Positions 1 through 7,503 of a DNA stretch of 32,000 nt are shown piece after piece. Both the position numbers and the translations under genes were made by a program. The stretch spans positions 390,001 through 422,000 of the forward strand of contig NZ_CP007496.1 of assembly GCF_000803625.1 (NCBI RefSeq), in the 5' to 3' direction. Each line of letters starts with the position of its first letter. The first letter of the stretch is position 1. The notes beneath the pieces were generated by a model. It was not told where the DNA came from and made no database searches. It saw nothing but the letters and a program-made list of their open reading frames with translations. This DNA is from Candidatus Nanosynbacter lyticus. GTDB taxonomy: Bacteria; Patescibacteriota; Saccharimonadia; Saccharimonadales; Saccharimonadaceae.

Positions 1-152
1 CGCGATATCTCGTCATATTCCTGTTTATAAAAATTAAAGCCTAGCGTAAAATCTAAGCTGGCTTCTGATACGTTTTTTGGATTAAACGGCGTACAGACAA
101 TTGTCCCATCGTCAATTGCCGCCAATATATCTTTATTTGAATACACGCTCAC
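1..152 (-). CDS. dcd: dCTP deaminase / dUTPase-superfamily protein, N-terminal part (gene runs off the window start)
   Basis: My minus-strand translation from GTG at 152 gives MSVYSNKDILAAIDDGTIVCTPFNPKNVSEASLDFTLGFNFYKQEYDEIS. This resembles Dcd N-termini (ILSD.DI..AI..G.I.I.PF....V.P.S.DL.LG). GGAGGTG lies at 163-157. Nucleotide-metabolism neighbours folA and thyA fit the call. Confidence 0.55.
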   Translation of the reverse strand, partial: MSVYSNKDILAAIDDGTIVCTPFNPKNVSEASLDFTLGFNFYKQEYDEIS

Positions 153-256
153 TAAACACCTCCCATTGCGTGATTTTTCTACCAAATCTCATTATGGCAA
201 GTTTCCGCATTTCCATCAAGCTTTCCGTAAATTTTACATCATGATAGACTACAATT

Positions 257-760
257 ATGGAGAAAGCTATAATCGTTGCCTATGATAAAAATCGTGCTAT
301 TGGACGAAACGGTGATTTGCCTTGGGGCCGGAGCTTACCAGCAGATTTGGCGCATTTTAAGAAGCTAACCAAAGGCGGCAATGTCATTATGGGCCGAAAA
401 ACTTTTGAATCAATCGGCAGCCGTCCGCTACCAGACCGCGAGAACATCGTTATTTCCTCGCGGCCCACTGGCGTTAAGAAAGTGTTAACAGCCATGAATT
501 TACAGAGCGCCTTAGCTTTGTCACGCTACCCGACTTTCATTATCGGCGGCTCGCAGGTTTATAAAGATGCACTAGACACCCCAGAAATTGATACTATTTA
601 CACCACTGAGGTGGACGCTGCATTTTCAGACGCTGACACCTTTTTCCCAGAGATAGACATGACCGTTTGGGAAGAGGTTGACCGTGTCTACCACCCAGCA
701 GATGAAGCCAATGCCTACGCTTTTGACTTTGTGATCTACCGGCGAAAACCCGCGGCATGA
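257..760 (+). CDS. folA: dihydrofolate reductase
   Basis: 167 aa. The N-terminus IVAYDKNRAIGRNGDLPW....D...FK..T.G..VIMGRKTFESIG and the later GG..VY are classic DHFR motifs. Confidence 0.9.
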   Translation: MEKAIIVAYDKNRAIGRNGDLPWGRSLPADLAHFKKLTKGGNVIMGRKTFESIGSRPLPDRENIVISSRPTGVKKVLTAMNLQSALALSRYPTFIIGGSQVYKDALDTPEIDTIYTTEVDAAFSDADTFFPEIDMTVWEEVDRVYHPADEANAYAFDFVIYRRKPAA

Positions 761-765
761 CAGTT

Positions 766-1704
766 TTACACCGCAATCGGCGCCTTAATCGGCGGGTGAT
801 GCTCGTAGTCCTCCAGGCGGATATCGTCAATGGTGAAGTAATCAATATTCTTAACATCTGGATTCAGCCACAGCTTTGGCAGCGGCAGCGGACGGCGCGA
901 CAATTGCTCATCGACCTGCGCGCTGTGATTATTATAAATATGCGCACTATTTAGCGTATGGATGAATTCGCCAGGCTGTTTATCAGTTACTTGAGCGATC
1001 ATCGACAGTAGCAGAGCGTAACTGGCGATATTAAACGGTACGCCGAGGAACATGTCCGCCGAACGCTGGGTTAACGCCAGATCCAGCTTATCCTTCTCAC
1101 CGTTTCTGCCTGGCCGCACATTAAATTGGAACATAGTATGACATGGCGGCAGTCCGCCCGACCGCACAATGTCGTCAATTTCCGCCACGTTCCAGGCGCT
1201 GACAATGTTGCGCCGCGACGTCGGATTATGTTTTATCATGTCGATGGCGTTTTGGATTTGGTCAATCGTCCTGCCCTTGCCGTCCGGCCATTTCCGCCAC
1301 TGCACGCCGTAGACTGGTCCCAAGTTACCCCACTTCTCAGCAAACGCGTGATCCGTCGCAATCTTATCAATAAATCCCTTCATTCCAGCGCGCCACTCGT
1401 CGCCGTTAATTTCTGGTATTTTCTGACCAGTTTTTTCTAGGTAATTTTTATATGGCCACTCATCCCAAATATGAACGCCGTTTTGCGCCAAATATTCAAT
1501 ATTGCCCGTACCCTTAAGAAACCATAAAAGCTCATGAGCGACGCTTTTGAAATATAACTTCTTCGTGGTCATAGCCGGAAATCCGTCCGCCAAATCATAC
1601 CGCGTCTGCACGCCAAACACTTCCGTAGTACCCGTGCCAGTGCGGTCGCCTTTTTTTACGCCGCTGTCACGGACATGCTGTAACGCGTCTAAATATTGCC
1701 TCAT
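766..1704 (-). CDS. thyA: thymidylate synthase (ThyA, long form with the ~40-50 aa insertion seen in Lactobacillus-type enzymes)
   Basis: Motifs MRQYLD....G..K.DRTGTGT, LPPCH..FQF and the C-terminal AV. I moved the start to ATG 1704 (MRQYLDAL) because GGAGGAGG lies 3-10 nt upstream. The ORF-track start at 1755 adds 17 non-homologous residues. Confidence 0.9.
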   Translation of the reverse strand: MRQYLDALQHVRDSGVKKGDRTGTGTTEVFGVQTRYDLADGFPAMTTKKLYFKSVAHELLWFLKGTGNIEYLAQNGVHIWDEWPYKNYLEKTGQKIPEINGDEWRAGMKGFIDKIATDHAFAEKWGNLGPVYGVQWRKWPDGKGRTIDQIQNAIDMIKHNPTSRRNIVSAWNVAEIDDIVRSGGLPPCHTMFQFNVRPGRNGEKDKLDLALTQRSADMFLGVPFNIASYALLLSMIAQVTDKQPGEFIHTLNSAHIYNNHSAQVDEQLSRRPLPLPKLWLNPDVKNIDYFTIDDIRLEDYEHHPPIKAPIAV

Positions 1705-1788
1705 ACCTCCTCCTTGCCTTTTCTCAATTATGACAATACGCGAGCATAACCGCAAGCAAAACCAGCGGTATTTTTGACAACAAAAAGA

Positions 1789-2388
1789 CTATGATAGCTT
1801 ACTTAAAACCTTATCAACCAACCCGTACTTTACCGCTTCCTGAGGACTCATCCAGTAGTCGCGTTCCATGTCGGTTTTGACTTTAGCGAGTTTCTGGCCG
1901 GTGTTTTTGGCCATGATTTTCGCCAGCATCTCCTTCACTTCCAGCGTTTCTTTCAGGTCAATTTCCATGTCGGTCACCTTGCCGCGCGTGCCAGAGGAAG
2001 GCTGATGAATCATCACCTTGGCGTGCGGCAAACAAAACCGCTTGCCTTTGGCGCCAGAACTGAGCAAAAATGCACCCATACTAGCCTGCAGACCGATACC
2101 ATAGGTCGCTACGTCCGGCTTGATAAAATTCATAGTGTCATAAATCGCCATGCCATCATAGACGCTGCCGCCCGGACTATTGATATAGAGCGAGATGTCC
2201 GCCTCCGGATCAACGTACGCCAGATGCAGTAACTGCGCCACCACACTGTTGGCAGTATGTTCATTAACCTCCTCGCCAAGGAAAATAATCCGCTCATTCA
2301 GCAAACGTGAATAAATATCAAACGCCCGCTCACCATCAGCCGACTTCTCGATCACTGTAGGAATAAGATAAGATTTGGGCGAGTTCAT
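1789..2388 (-). CDS. clpP: ATP-dependent Clp protease proteolytic subunit
   Basis: 199 aa. [18 protein letters not shown], the INSPGG motif, the catalytic Ser context QASMGA and the His context MIHQP. Confidence 0.95.
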   Translation of the reverse strand: MNSPKSYLIPTVIEKSADGERAFDIYSRLLNERIIFLGEEVNEHTANSVVAQLLHLAYVDPEADISLYINSPGGSVYDGMAIYDTMNFIKPDVATYGIGLQASMGAFLLSSGAKGKRFCLPHAKVMIHQPSSGTRGKVTDMEIDLKETLEVKEMLAKIMAKNTGQKLAKVKTDMERDYWMSPQEAVKYGLVDKVLSKLS

Positions 2389-2389
2389 A

Positions 2390-3679
2390 CTATTTCGCCG
2401 TGTTTAATTCCATCAATTTAGCGACAGTTTTATCGGTAATCATTCGATTGGCGATATCACGGTGAACATTTGGATTATCAAACTGCTCCAACATTTTCTT
2501 ATCTTTACCGTATTGCTGCTTAAAGAAGTCAATCTGCTTCTGAATCTCATCGCGAGAAGCCTCAATCTTCAATTCTTTTGACAATTCTGCCAACACCAGA
2601 CCAGCCTTAACGCGCTTTTCCGCAGCTGGACGAGCTTCTTTCTTTGTCCACTCGTCTTTGTCCTTAAAGCCCTGAGTCTTCAAGTAGCTATCCAGGCTCA
2701 GTCCGCTGTACATCAAATTCTGCGTCAAATCACGCTCAATTGACCGCAATTGATCTTCAACCAAAAGCTCCGGTAGCGACACCTTACTCTTCTCCGCCAA
2801 TTCACTGACTAGCGCGTCCTTAAACTTCTCGTCAGCTTCACGATCTTTTTGCATGGTCAGCTCGCGCTTGATGTCTGCTTTCACTTCCTTCATCTCTGTA
2901 AAAGGACCACACTTTGCCGCAAATTCATCATTCAGCTCTGGCAATTTCAGCTCGTTAACTTTATGGATTTTTACAGTAAAGACAACGTCTTGACCGGCCA
3001 AATTATCAGCGTGATAATCTTCTGGGAATTTCAATTTCAGGTCAAACTCCTCACCGGCTTTGTGACCAATCACACCCTCTTCAAAACCTGGAATAAATTG
3101 ACCATCACCAAGCTTCAGGCCATATTCCTTCGCAGAGCCACCCTCAAATGCCACGCCGTCTTTTTTACCAGTAAAGTCAATCACTGCTTCATCGCCAGCT
3201 TTAGCTGCACGCTTTACTTCTGACTTTTCAGAATAATTTTTACGAATTCGCTCAATGACGTCATCGACTTCTTTATCTTCAACCTTAGCTACTTCTTTTT
3301 TAGCTTTTAGCTTTTTATAATCACCCAGCTTCACTGGCGGGATAATCTCAACTTCAGCCGTAAATTCTAATTCAGCACCCGGCACAAATTTCTTAACCTC
3401 AACACTTGGGCGGTCCAAGGCCTGAAATTTTTCCTGTAAAAATGCTTCAGCCACCGCTTTTGATAAAGCATTTTCTAAAACTTGCTCCTGCAACGCGTTA
3501 GGGTCTACGTGCTTAGCGGCCACGCTTACCGGAACTTTGCCTTTACGGAATCCTGGAACCTTAATGTCACGGGCCAACTTCGTCAGAGAAACTTGCTCGG
3601 CATCAGCTAATTCACTCGTACCCAGAGAAATTGTCAATTGAACTTTAGTATCTGATAATTTTTTTACAGTCGTCTTCAT
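2390..3679 (-). CDS. tig: trigger factor
   Basis: 429 aa. N-terminal ribosome-binding region with GFRKGKVP, a central FKBP-like region (FIPGFEEG) and a position immediately upstream of clpP with a 1-nt gap. Confidence 0.9.
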   Translation of the reverse strand: MKTTVKKLSDTKVQLTISLGTSELADAEQVSLTKLARDIKVPGFRKGKVPVSVAAKHVDPNALQEQVLENALSKAVAEAFLQEKFQALDRPSVEVKKFVPGAELEFTAEVEIIPPVKLGDYKKLKAKKEVAKVEDKEVDDVIERIRKNYSEKSEVKRAAKAGDEAVIDFTGKKDGVAFEGGSAKEYGLKLGDGQFIPGFEEGVIGHKAGEEFDLKLKFPEDYHADNLAGQDVVFTVKIHKVNELKLPELNDEFAAKCGPFTEMKEVKADIKRELTMQKDREADEKFKDALVSELAEKSKVSLPELLVEDQLRSIERDLTQNLMYSGLSLDSYLKTQGFKDKDEWTKKEARPAAEKRVKAGLVLAELSKELKIEASRDEIQKQIDFFKQQYGKDKKMLEQFDNPNVHRDIANRMITDKTVAKLMELNTAK

Positions 3680-3705
3680 AAAGACTAATTATAACAGATA
3701 TCAGA

Positions 3706-5040
3706 TTAGAGCTCAAACAGCGCATCTTCGTCGCCATCATATCGACGGTCTTTGACAATTGTCACAATCCGCTCAGCGCCAACTTTCTGCTCATCAGACT
3801 CCACCAAATTGCGAACCGTATACGCGCCGCTAGCAATTTCTTCCTCACCCACAAACACGGCAAAAGGAATCTGTTTTTTCAGCGCCGCTTTTATCTGCTT
3901 GTCAATTTTTCGCCCGGTAATGTCCAGTTCTGCTCGCACGCCTTCGTTGCGTAATTTTCGCGCCAAATCATCCGCGCCCACTAATGACTCCTTAGATACC
4001 GGAATTATATAGACATCTGTCTTAGATTTTAATTTAGGCAATAAATCGTGAACCTCTAAGAACTGCTGCATAGTCGTGGCACCCATTCCAACCCCGACCG
4101 TTGAAATCGGCTCAACACCAAATAGACCAACCAAACCATCGTATCGTCCACCGCCAAACAGCGCTCGATTATTCTCCGGCGAATTATCAAACAACTCAAA
4201 CACCATACCAGTGTAATAATCCAAACCGCGCATCAGCGTGACGTCAAACACCGCATTTTCAATACCTTTTTGACAAAGCAGTTTCATTACTTCACGTAGC
4301 TGCTTAACGCTGTCGTCATTGGCTAGCTCGCTTGGCAAATCATCAACCGACTTCATACTAATCATCTTCGCCAACTTCGGTAGCCCCTCTGATGCTTGTG
4401 TGCCAAAAATCTCAATTGCCTGACGCTTAAATTCTTCAGCGGGAATCTTATTTTTCCTATCCAGCAGCTTCATCATCATTGTCGATCCAACAATATCTAG
4501 TTTTAGGAATTGGCTCATCAACCGATTTATCAATTGGCGATTATTTACTCTGACCGTGAACATTTCTTGCTTGGCGCCAAAGTTCATCACACTAGCGTGA
4601 CTTAGCTCAATAATCTCCGCATCCGCTGCCGCGCCATCCACACCAAACAAATCCGCATTCAATTGCCAGAACTCGCGTTCACGCCCCCGCTGCGGCCGCT
4701 CATAACGCATAAAATTAGCAATAGAATACAGCCTAGCTGGCATGGCTAGTTCTTGACGCTTAGCTGCCACCATTCGAGAAATCGACGGCGTCATCTCTGG
4801 GCGAATCGCCACCATTCGACCGCCACGATCCTCAAAGGCATAAGTTTGCTCACCCGCCAGCTCTTGGCCTGACTTTGCAAGATAAATATCTAACGGCTCC
4901 AATAGCGGCGCGCCGTATTCTTCGTAACCAAAACTCTCCACCGTCTTGTGCCAAACGTTGAAAATGTAATTCTGCAGACGCTTTTCCTCTGGAAAATAGT
5001 CCCGTGAACCTTTGTAATTCTGTGTTGATAAACTGCTCAT
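3706..5040 (-). CDS. hisS: histidine--tRNA ligase
   Basis: 444 aa class II aaRS. Motif 2-like FRYERPQRGR.REF.Q and the HisRS-typical GGGRYDGL. TGGAG lies 5 nt upstream of the ATG. Confidence 0.9.
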   Translation of the reverse strand: MSSLSTQNYKGSRDYFPEEKRLQNYIFNVWHKTVESFGYEEYGAPLLEPLDIYLAKSGQELAGEQTYAFEDRGGRMVAIRPEMTPSISRMVAAKRQELAMPARLYSIANFMRYERPQRGREREFWQLNADLFGVDGAAADAEIIELSHASVMNFGAKQEMFTVRVNNRQLINRLMSQFLKLDIVGSTMMMKLLDRKNKIPAEEFKRQAIEIFGTQASEGLPKLAKMISMKSVDDLPSELANDDSVKQLREVMKLLCQKGIENAVFDVTLMRGLDYYTGMVFELFDNSPENNRALFGGGRYDGLVGLFGVEPISTVGVGMGATTMQQFLEVHDLLPKLKSKTDVYIIPVSKESLVGADDLARKLRNEGVRAELDITGRKIDKQIKAALKKQIPFAVFVGEEEIASGAYTVRNLVESDEQKVGAERIVTIVKDRRYDGDEDALFEL

Positions 5041-5080
5041 GTTAGCTCCATTATGTCATTATTTCTTATTTATAGCAATC

Positions 5081-5106
5081 AAAAACGCCGAGGCAGAACT
5101 CGGCGC
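5081..5106 (-). terminator. intrinsic terminator inside the hisS leader (minus strand)
   Basis: On the minus-strand RNA: CGCCGAG-UUCUGC-CUCGGCG followed by UUUUU. The stem is a perfect 7 bp and GC-rich. It lies between a promoter-like element and the hisS start codon. Confidence 0.6.
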
Positions 5107-5127
5107 GTACAATCAAAAATCAGAGTC

Positions 5128-5172
5128 CTACCTCGGCAACACGTGTGAATGATGGAATTTAGGTAAAATCAT
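5128..5172 (-). promoter_or_regulatory. candidate leader mini-ORF MILPKFHHSHVLPR* (3 His codons within 4 codons)
   Basis: Read directly from the minus strand: ATG ATT TTA CCT AAA TTC CAT CAT TCA CAC GTG TTG CCG AGG TAG. The ATG lies 6 nt after a TATAAT box, which suggests a leaderless transcript. Confidence 0.35.
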
Positions 5173-5178
5173 ATGTCT

Positions 5179-5207
5179 ATTATAGTAAATTTCATGCTTT
5201 TTGTAAA
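5179..5207 (-). promoter_or_regulatory. sigma70-like promoter for the hisS leader
   Basis: On the minus strand: TTTACA (5207-5202), a 17-bp spacer, then TATAAT (5184-5179). Confidence 0.5.
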
Positions 5208-5213
5208 TACCTG

Positions 5214-5242
5214 TTGACAGCAAACCCAATAATTGATATATG
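5214..5242 (+). promoter_or_regulatory. sigma70-like promoter, divergent from the hisS promoter
   Basis: TTGACA (5214-5219), a 17-bp spacer, then TATATG (5237-5242). A TGGTATATA stretch follows immediately. It is back-to-back with the minus-strand -35 box. Confidence 0.45.
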
Positions 5243-5305
5243 GTATATATTAGCTTTTTGCGTAATTCTGCGCATTGAGCAGGCACTAGTAGAAAGGTGT
5301 AGTCT

Positions 5306-5530
5306 ATGAGCGGCTACCAGGATGGCGAGCGTTGGATCGACCCGGATGGGACCTCCCACACCGTCAACTCGACCAACGATCCCAACGTTCCGGGCGGATA
5401 CTACTACAACCAGCACGGACCCACTGGGGATGGCTCTATCGGGCATGCGACGGAGGTCTACAACGCCGACGGCACGCTCGCAGATATCCCTCAGAACCGT
5501 GACTGGCGGGATGTGCCCCGCCAGGATTAG
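5306..5530 (+). CDS. small hypothetical protein (74 aa, G/D/N/P/Y-rich, YD-repeat-like segments)
   Basis: AAAGGTG lies 7 nt upstream of the ATG. The segment is locally GC-rich, so two overlapping frames are open. This frame has the better RBS. No signal peptide or TM segment is visible. Confidence 0.45.
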   Translation: MSGYQDGERWIDPDGTSHTVNSTNDPNVPGGYYYNQHGPTGDGSIGHATEVYNADGTLADIPQNRDWRDVPRQD

Positions 5531-5568
5531 GGCTAGTCTAATCTAGTCACTACTTCGCAGACCTAAGC

Positions 5569-6048
5569 ATGTCTGCCCTTGCCTTTGGCATAAACCAAAA
5601 ACTGCTCTATACTTGTATTATGAGAGCTACTAATAAAATCACCGCCGCCATTCGCGCCAATGATTTGCCAACTTACCAACGCGAGCGCTATCCCGCCATT
5701 CAAGAAGGCGAGTTTGTTCGCTTTACGGATGAGGATTTACATGGCGTTGATTTCGACCAGTTTGTCATGGGCTTTTTCGTGTTTCAGAATTGTAATCTGG
5801 ACGACGCAAAGCACATCTACGGGCAACCGATTTATTTTACCAATTCGTCAGTTCGGAATGTGGATTTTCGCGGTGTAAAAGCTATTATTGAAGCGGAGGA
5901 CTGCGACTTCCGTGGTATGAAATATGACGAGGAAACGCAATTTGTCTATGGCAGTGGGAAATTAGCAACACGATCACGTTTCATAAATTGCAAATTAGAT
6001 GATGAAACTCGTGACTTTTTAAGACAACAAGGCGCAGAAATCAACTAG
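5569..6048 (+). CDS. pentapeptide-repeat-like protein (start uncertain; alternative ATG at 5620)
   Basis: Recurring pentapeptide-like units: FQNCNLDDA, SVRNVDFRGV, EDCDFRGM and FINCKLDD. Neither candidate start has a clear SD. Confidence 0.5.
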   Translation: MSALAFGINQKLLYTCIMRATNKITAAIRANDLPTYQRERYPAIQEGEFVRFTDEDLHGVDFDQFVMGFFVFQNCNLDDAKHIYGQPIYFTNSSVRNVDFRGVKAIIEAEDCDFRGMKYDEETQFVYGSGKLATRSRFINCKLDDETRDFLRQQGAEIN

Positions 6049-6581
6049 TTATTTTCCGCCAGCACATTCTGCTGCAGCCAACAATACATAGCCACAGTAG
6101 CCGCCGCGCCAACGTTTATGGAGCGAGTCGAGCCGAATTGCTCAATCGCCACAATTTGATCCGCAGCGTTCGCTAATTCCGCAGAAATCCCCGGCCCTTC
6201 TTGCCCAAATACCAAAACCGCGTGCTTTGGTAGCGACATTTGCGACATATTCACACTACCCTCGATATTATCAATCGCGATAATTTTCCTGCCTTCATTA
6301 CGCATTTTTTCAACAAACTCTTCCGTCGTCGCCAGATACGTAATGTGAAGATATTTATCCGTCATCATGGCACCACGCTTATTCCACTGCCTGCGCCCAA
6401 TCACATAAATCTGCCGCACGCCAAACGCATTAGCGCTCCTGACAATTGTCCCCATATTAAAGTCCCGCTCGGTGTTCTCCAGAGCAATCACCAAGCCGTG
6501 ATCCTTGGCGTCCAGATCTTTCATAATCTCTGCCTCGCTTCGACCCTTAAACTTATCAATTACATTTCTTTTATCTTCCAT
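6045..6581 (-). CDS. SpoU/TrmH-family RNA 2'-O-methyltransferase
   Basis: 178 aa. NMG.I.RSA.AFG, VFG.EG.G and SLNV-type (STRSINVGAAATV) SPOUT motifs. Confidence 0.85.
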   Translation of the reverse strand: MEDKRNVIDKFKGRSEAEIMKDLDAKDHGLVIALENTERDFNMGTIVRSANAFGVRQIYVIGRRQWNKRGAMMTDKYLHITYLATTEEFVEKMRNEGRKIIAIDNIEGSVNMSQMSLPKHAVLVFGQEGPGISAELANAADQIVAIEQFGSTRSINVGAAATVAMYCWLQQNVLAENN

Positions 6582-6633
6582 CTCTGTTATTTTAGCAAAA
6601 ATACTAAATAAAGGGTAAAATCCAGTAATTCTA

Positions 6634-6662
6634 TTGACTTTTTAAAACAAGTATGGTATAAA
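6634..6662 (+). promoter_or_regulatory. sigma70-like promoter preceding a ~180-nt structured leader
   Basis: TTGACT (6634-6639), a 17-bp spacer, then TATAAA (6657-6662). Confidence 0.5.
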
Positions 6663-6715
6663 TAAAGACAGCTTTCGTTGATAAGTTGAGCAAATCCTTG
6701 TCCGAAAGTGAACAT

Positions 6716-6728
6716 TGACAGGCAATCG
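6716..6728. repeat. left copy of a 13-bp perfect inverted repeat (TGACAGGCAATCG), partner at 7284-7296
   Basis: An exact reverse complement is present at 7284-7296 (CGATTGCCTGTCA). The pair brackets ORF 6851-7252. Confidence 0.8.
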
Positions 6729-6850
6729 AATACAAGATGAGTTTTTATTTCTTTTTTAAGAATCGTTGAGAGAAATGAAATCTCATCTTGTATTGTTAAA
6801 GAACAATACGTCGCAATTCCGCCGATGAGAAATCACGAAAAGAGAAAGAC

Positions 6851-7252
6851 ATGCGCTATGACAAGTACATGGAAAGCCTTACGGGCAAAATCTCTGAAAT
6901 TGACACTCTCTGGAAAGAACTGTGTCTCATCGTCCTGAAAGACGAAAATTGTTCCACGGTAGAAGATTTCGTGGGCATCCTTGTATTCGACTTGCAAGCA
7001 GATGCATTCGAAGAGTCTATAAGAGATCTGAAGAGATTCAATGAGAACAAGATCGGCACCAAGAAGACAGGAGAGGCGATACTCGACATAGTCGTCTCCG
7101 CGGCATACGCGATTACCCAGATCAAGATTGAACCCGTCAAATTCTTCTCAGACAAAGAGAAATGCGATTGGGTCATACTCTTCGCAGATGAAATCCGCAA
7201 ATCTCTCTTTGAGATCATGGTAGACTCTCAGAATCTCTTTATGGAGTCGTGA
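6851..7252 (+). CDS. hypothetical acidic helical protein (133 aa)
   Basis: I chose the plus strand over the antisense ORF 6856-7218. A promoter-like element lies upstream and a hairpin with a U-run lies downstream in this orientation. I recognise no family. Confidence 0.5.
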   Translation: MRYDKYMESLTGKISEIDTLWKELCLIVLKDENCSTVEDFVGILVFDLQADAFEESIRDLKRFNENKIGTKKTGEAILDIVVSAAYAITQIKIEPVKFFSDKEKCDWVILFADEIRKSLFEIMVDSQNLFMES

Positions 7253-7256
7253 CGAT

Positions 7257-7302
7257 TCTACATGGCAGGTGATTGTTCCTTCACGATTGCCTGTCATGTA
7301 GA
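7257..7302 (+). other. 19-bp hairpin with four G-U pairs (plus-strand RNA specific), 8-nt loop
   Basis: TCTACATGGCAGGTGATTG / loop TTCCTTCA / CGATTGCCTGTCATGTAGA, paired base by base. The four wobble pairs would be A-C mismatches on the other strand. Confidence 0.6.
7284..7296. repeat. right copy of the 13-bp inverted repeat (CGATTGCCTGTCA)
   Basis: Exact reverse complement of 6716-6728. It forms the 3' arm of the 7257-7302 hairpin. Confidence 0.8.
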
Positions 7303-7322
7303 CCCTGAATTTAAGTTATTAA

Positions 7323-7347
7323 AAATCACCCATTTCCAGGGTGATTT
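7323..7347. terminator. bidirectional intrinsic terminator
   Basis: AAATCACCC - ATTTCCA - GGGTGATTT, with A-runs and T-runs on both sides. It lies between ORF 6851-7252 (+) and tRNA-Leu(CAG) (-). Confidence 0.65.
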
Positions 7348-7372
7348 TCTTATGGTGAAAAATTTCAATTCT

Positions 7373-7458
7373 GGTGCGGATGAAAGGACTTGAACCTTCA
7401 CGTACTTGCGTACACTAGCACCTGAAGCTAGCGCGTCTACCAATTCCGCCACATCCGC
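7373..7458 (-). tRNA. tRNA-Leu(CAG), CCA encoded
   Basis: Folded by hand. Acceptor GCGGATG/CATCCGC, anticodon arm CTAGC-TTCAGGT-GCTAG, long variable arm TGTACGCAAGTACGT, T arm GAAGG-TTCAAGT-CCTTT. Confidence 0.9.
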
Positions 7459-7474
7459 ATGTGGGCTACGCGTT

Positions 7475-7503
7475 ATTATAGCCCAAATTTAACCTCATAT
7501 CAA
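7475..7503 (-). promoter_or_regulatory. promoter for tRNA-Leu(CAG)
   Basis: On the minus strand: TTGATA, a 17-bp spacer, then TATAAT. It overlaps the stop codon of the upstream oxidase gene. Confidence 0.5.

Noticed and set aside
760-766. Convergent folA and thyA stops only 5 bp apart with no terminator between them
   Set aside because: This is real but unremarkable in compact genomes. I see no structure or motif pointing to a specific regulatory mechanism.
5322-5546. A second 74-aa ORF overlapping 5306-5530 in another frame, plus antisense ORF 5192-5446
   Set aside because: Multiple frames stay open simply because the segment is GC-rich. Only the 5306 frame has an SD-like AAAGGTG at proper spacing. 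The antisense ORF would run through the divergent promoter region.
6737-6769. Phe-rich mini-ORF MSFYFFFKNR* in the loop of the 6729-6794 hairpin (pheL-like leader?)
   Set aside because: The Phe codons come from a plain T-run (TTTTTATTTCTTTTTT). There is no SD, and the downstream gene has no link to Phe metabolism. Chance is the simpler explanation.
6856-7218. 120-aa antisense ORF opposite the 133-aa ORF 6851-7252
   Set aside because: The promoter-like element, the downstream G-U-containing hairpin and the U-run terminator all fit the plus strand. The minus-strand ORF has no start context. The choice remains uncertain.
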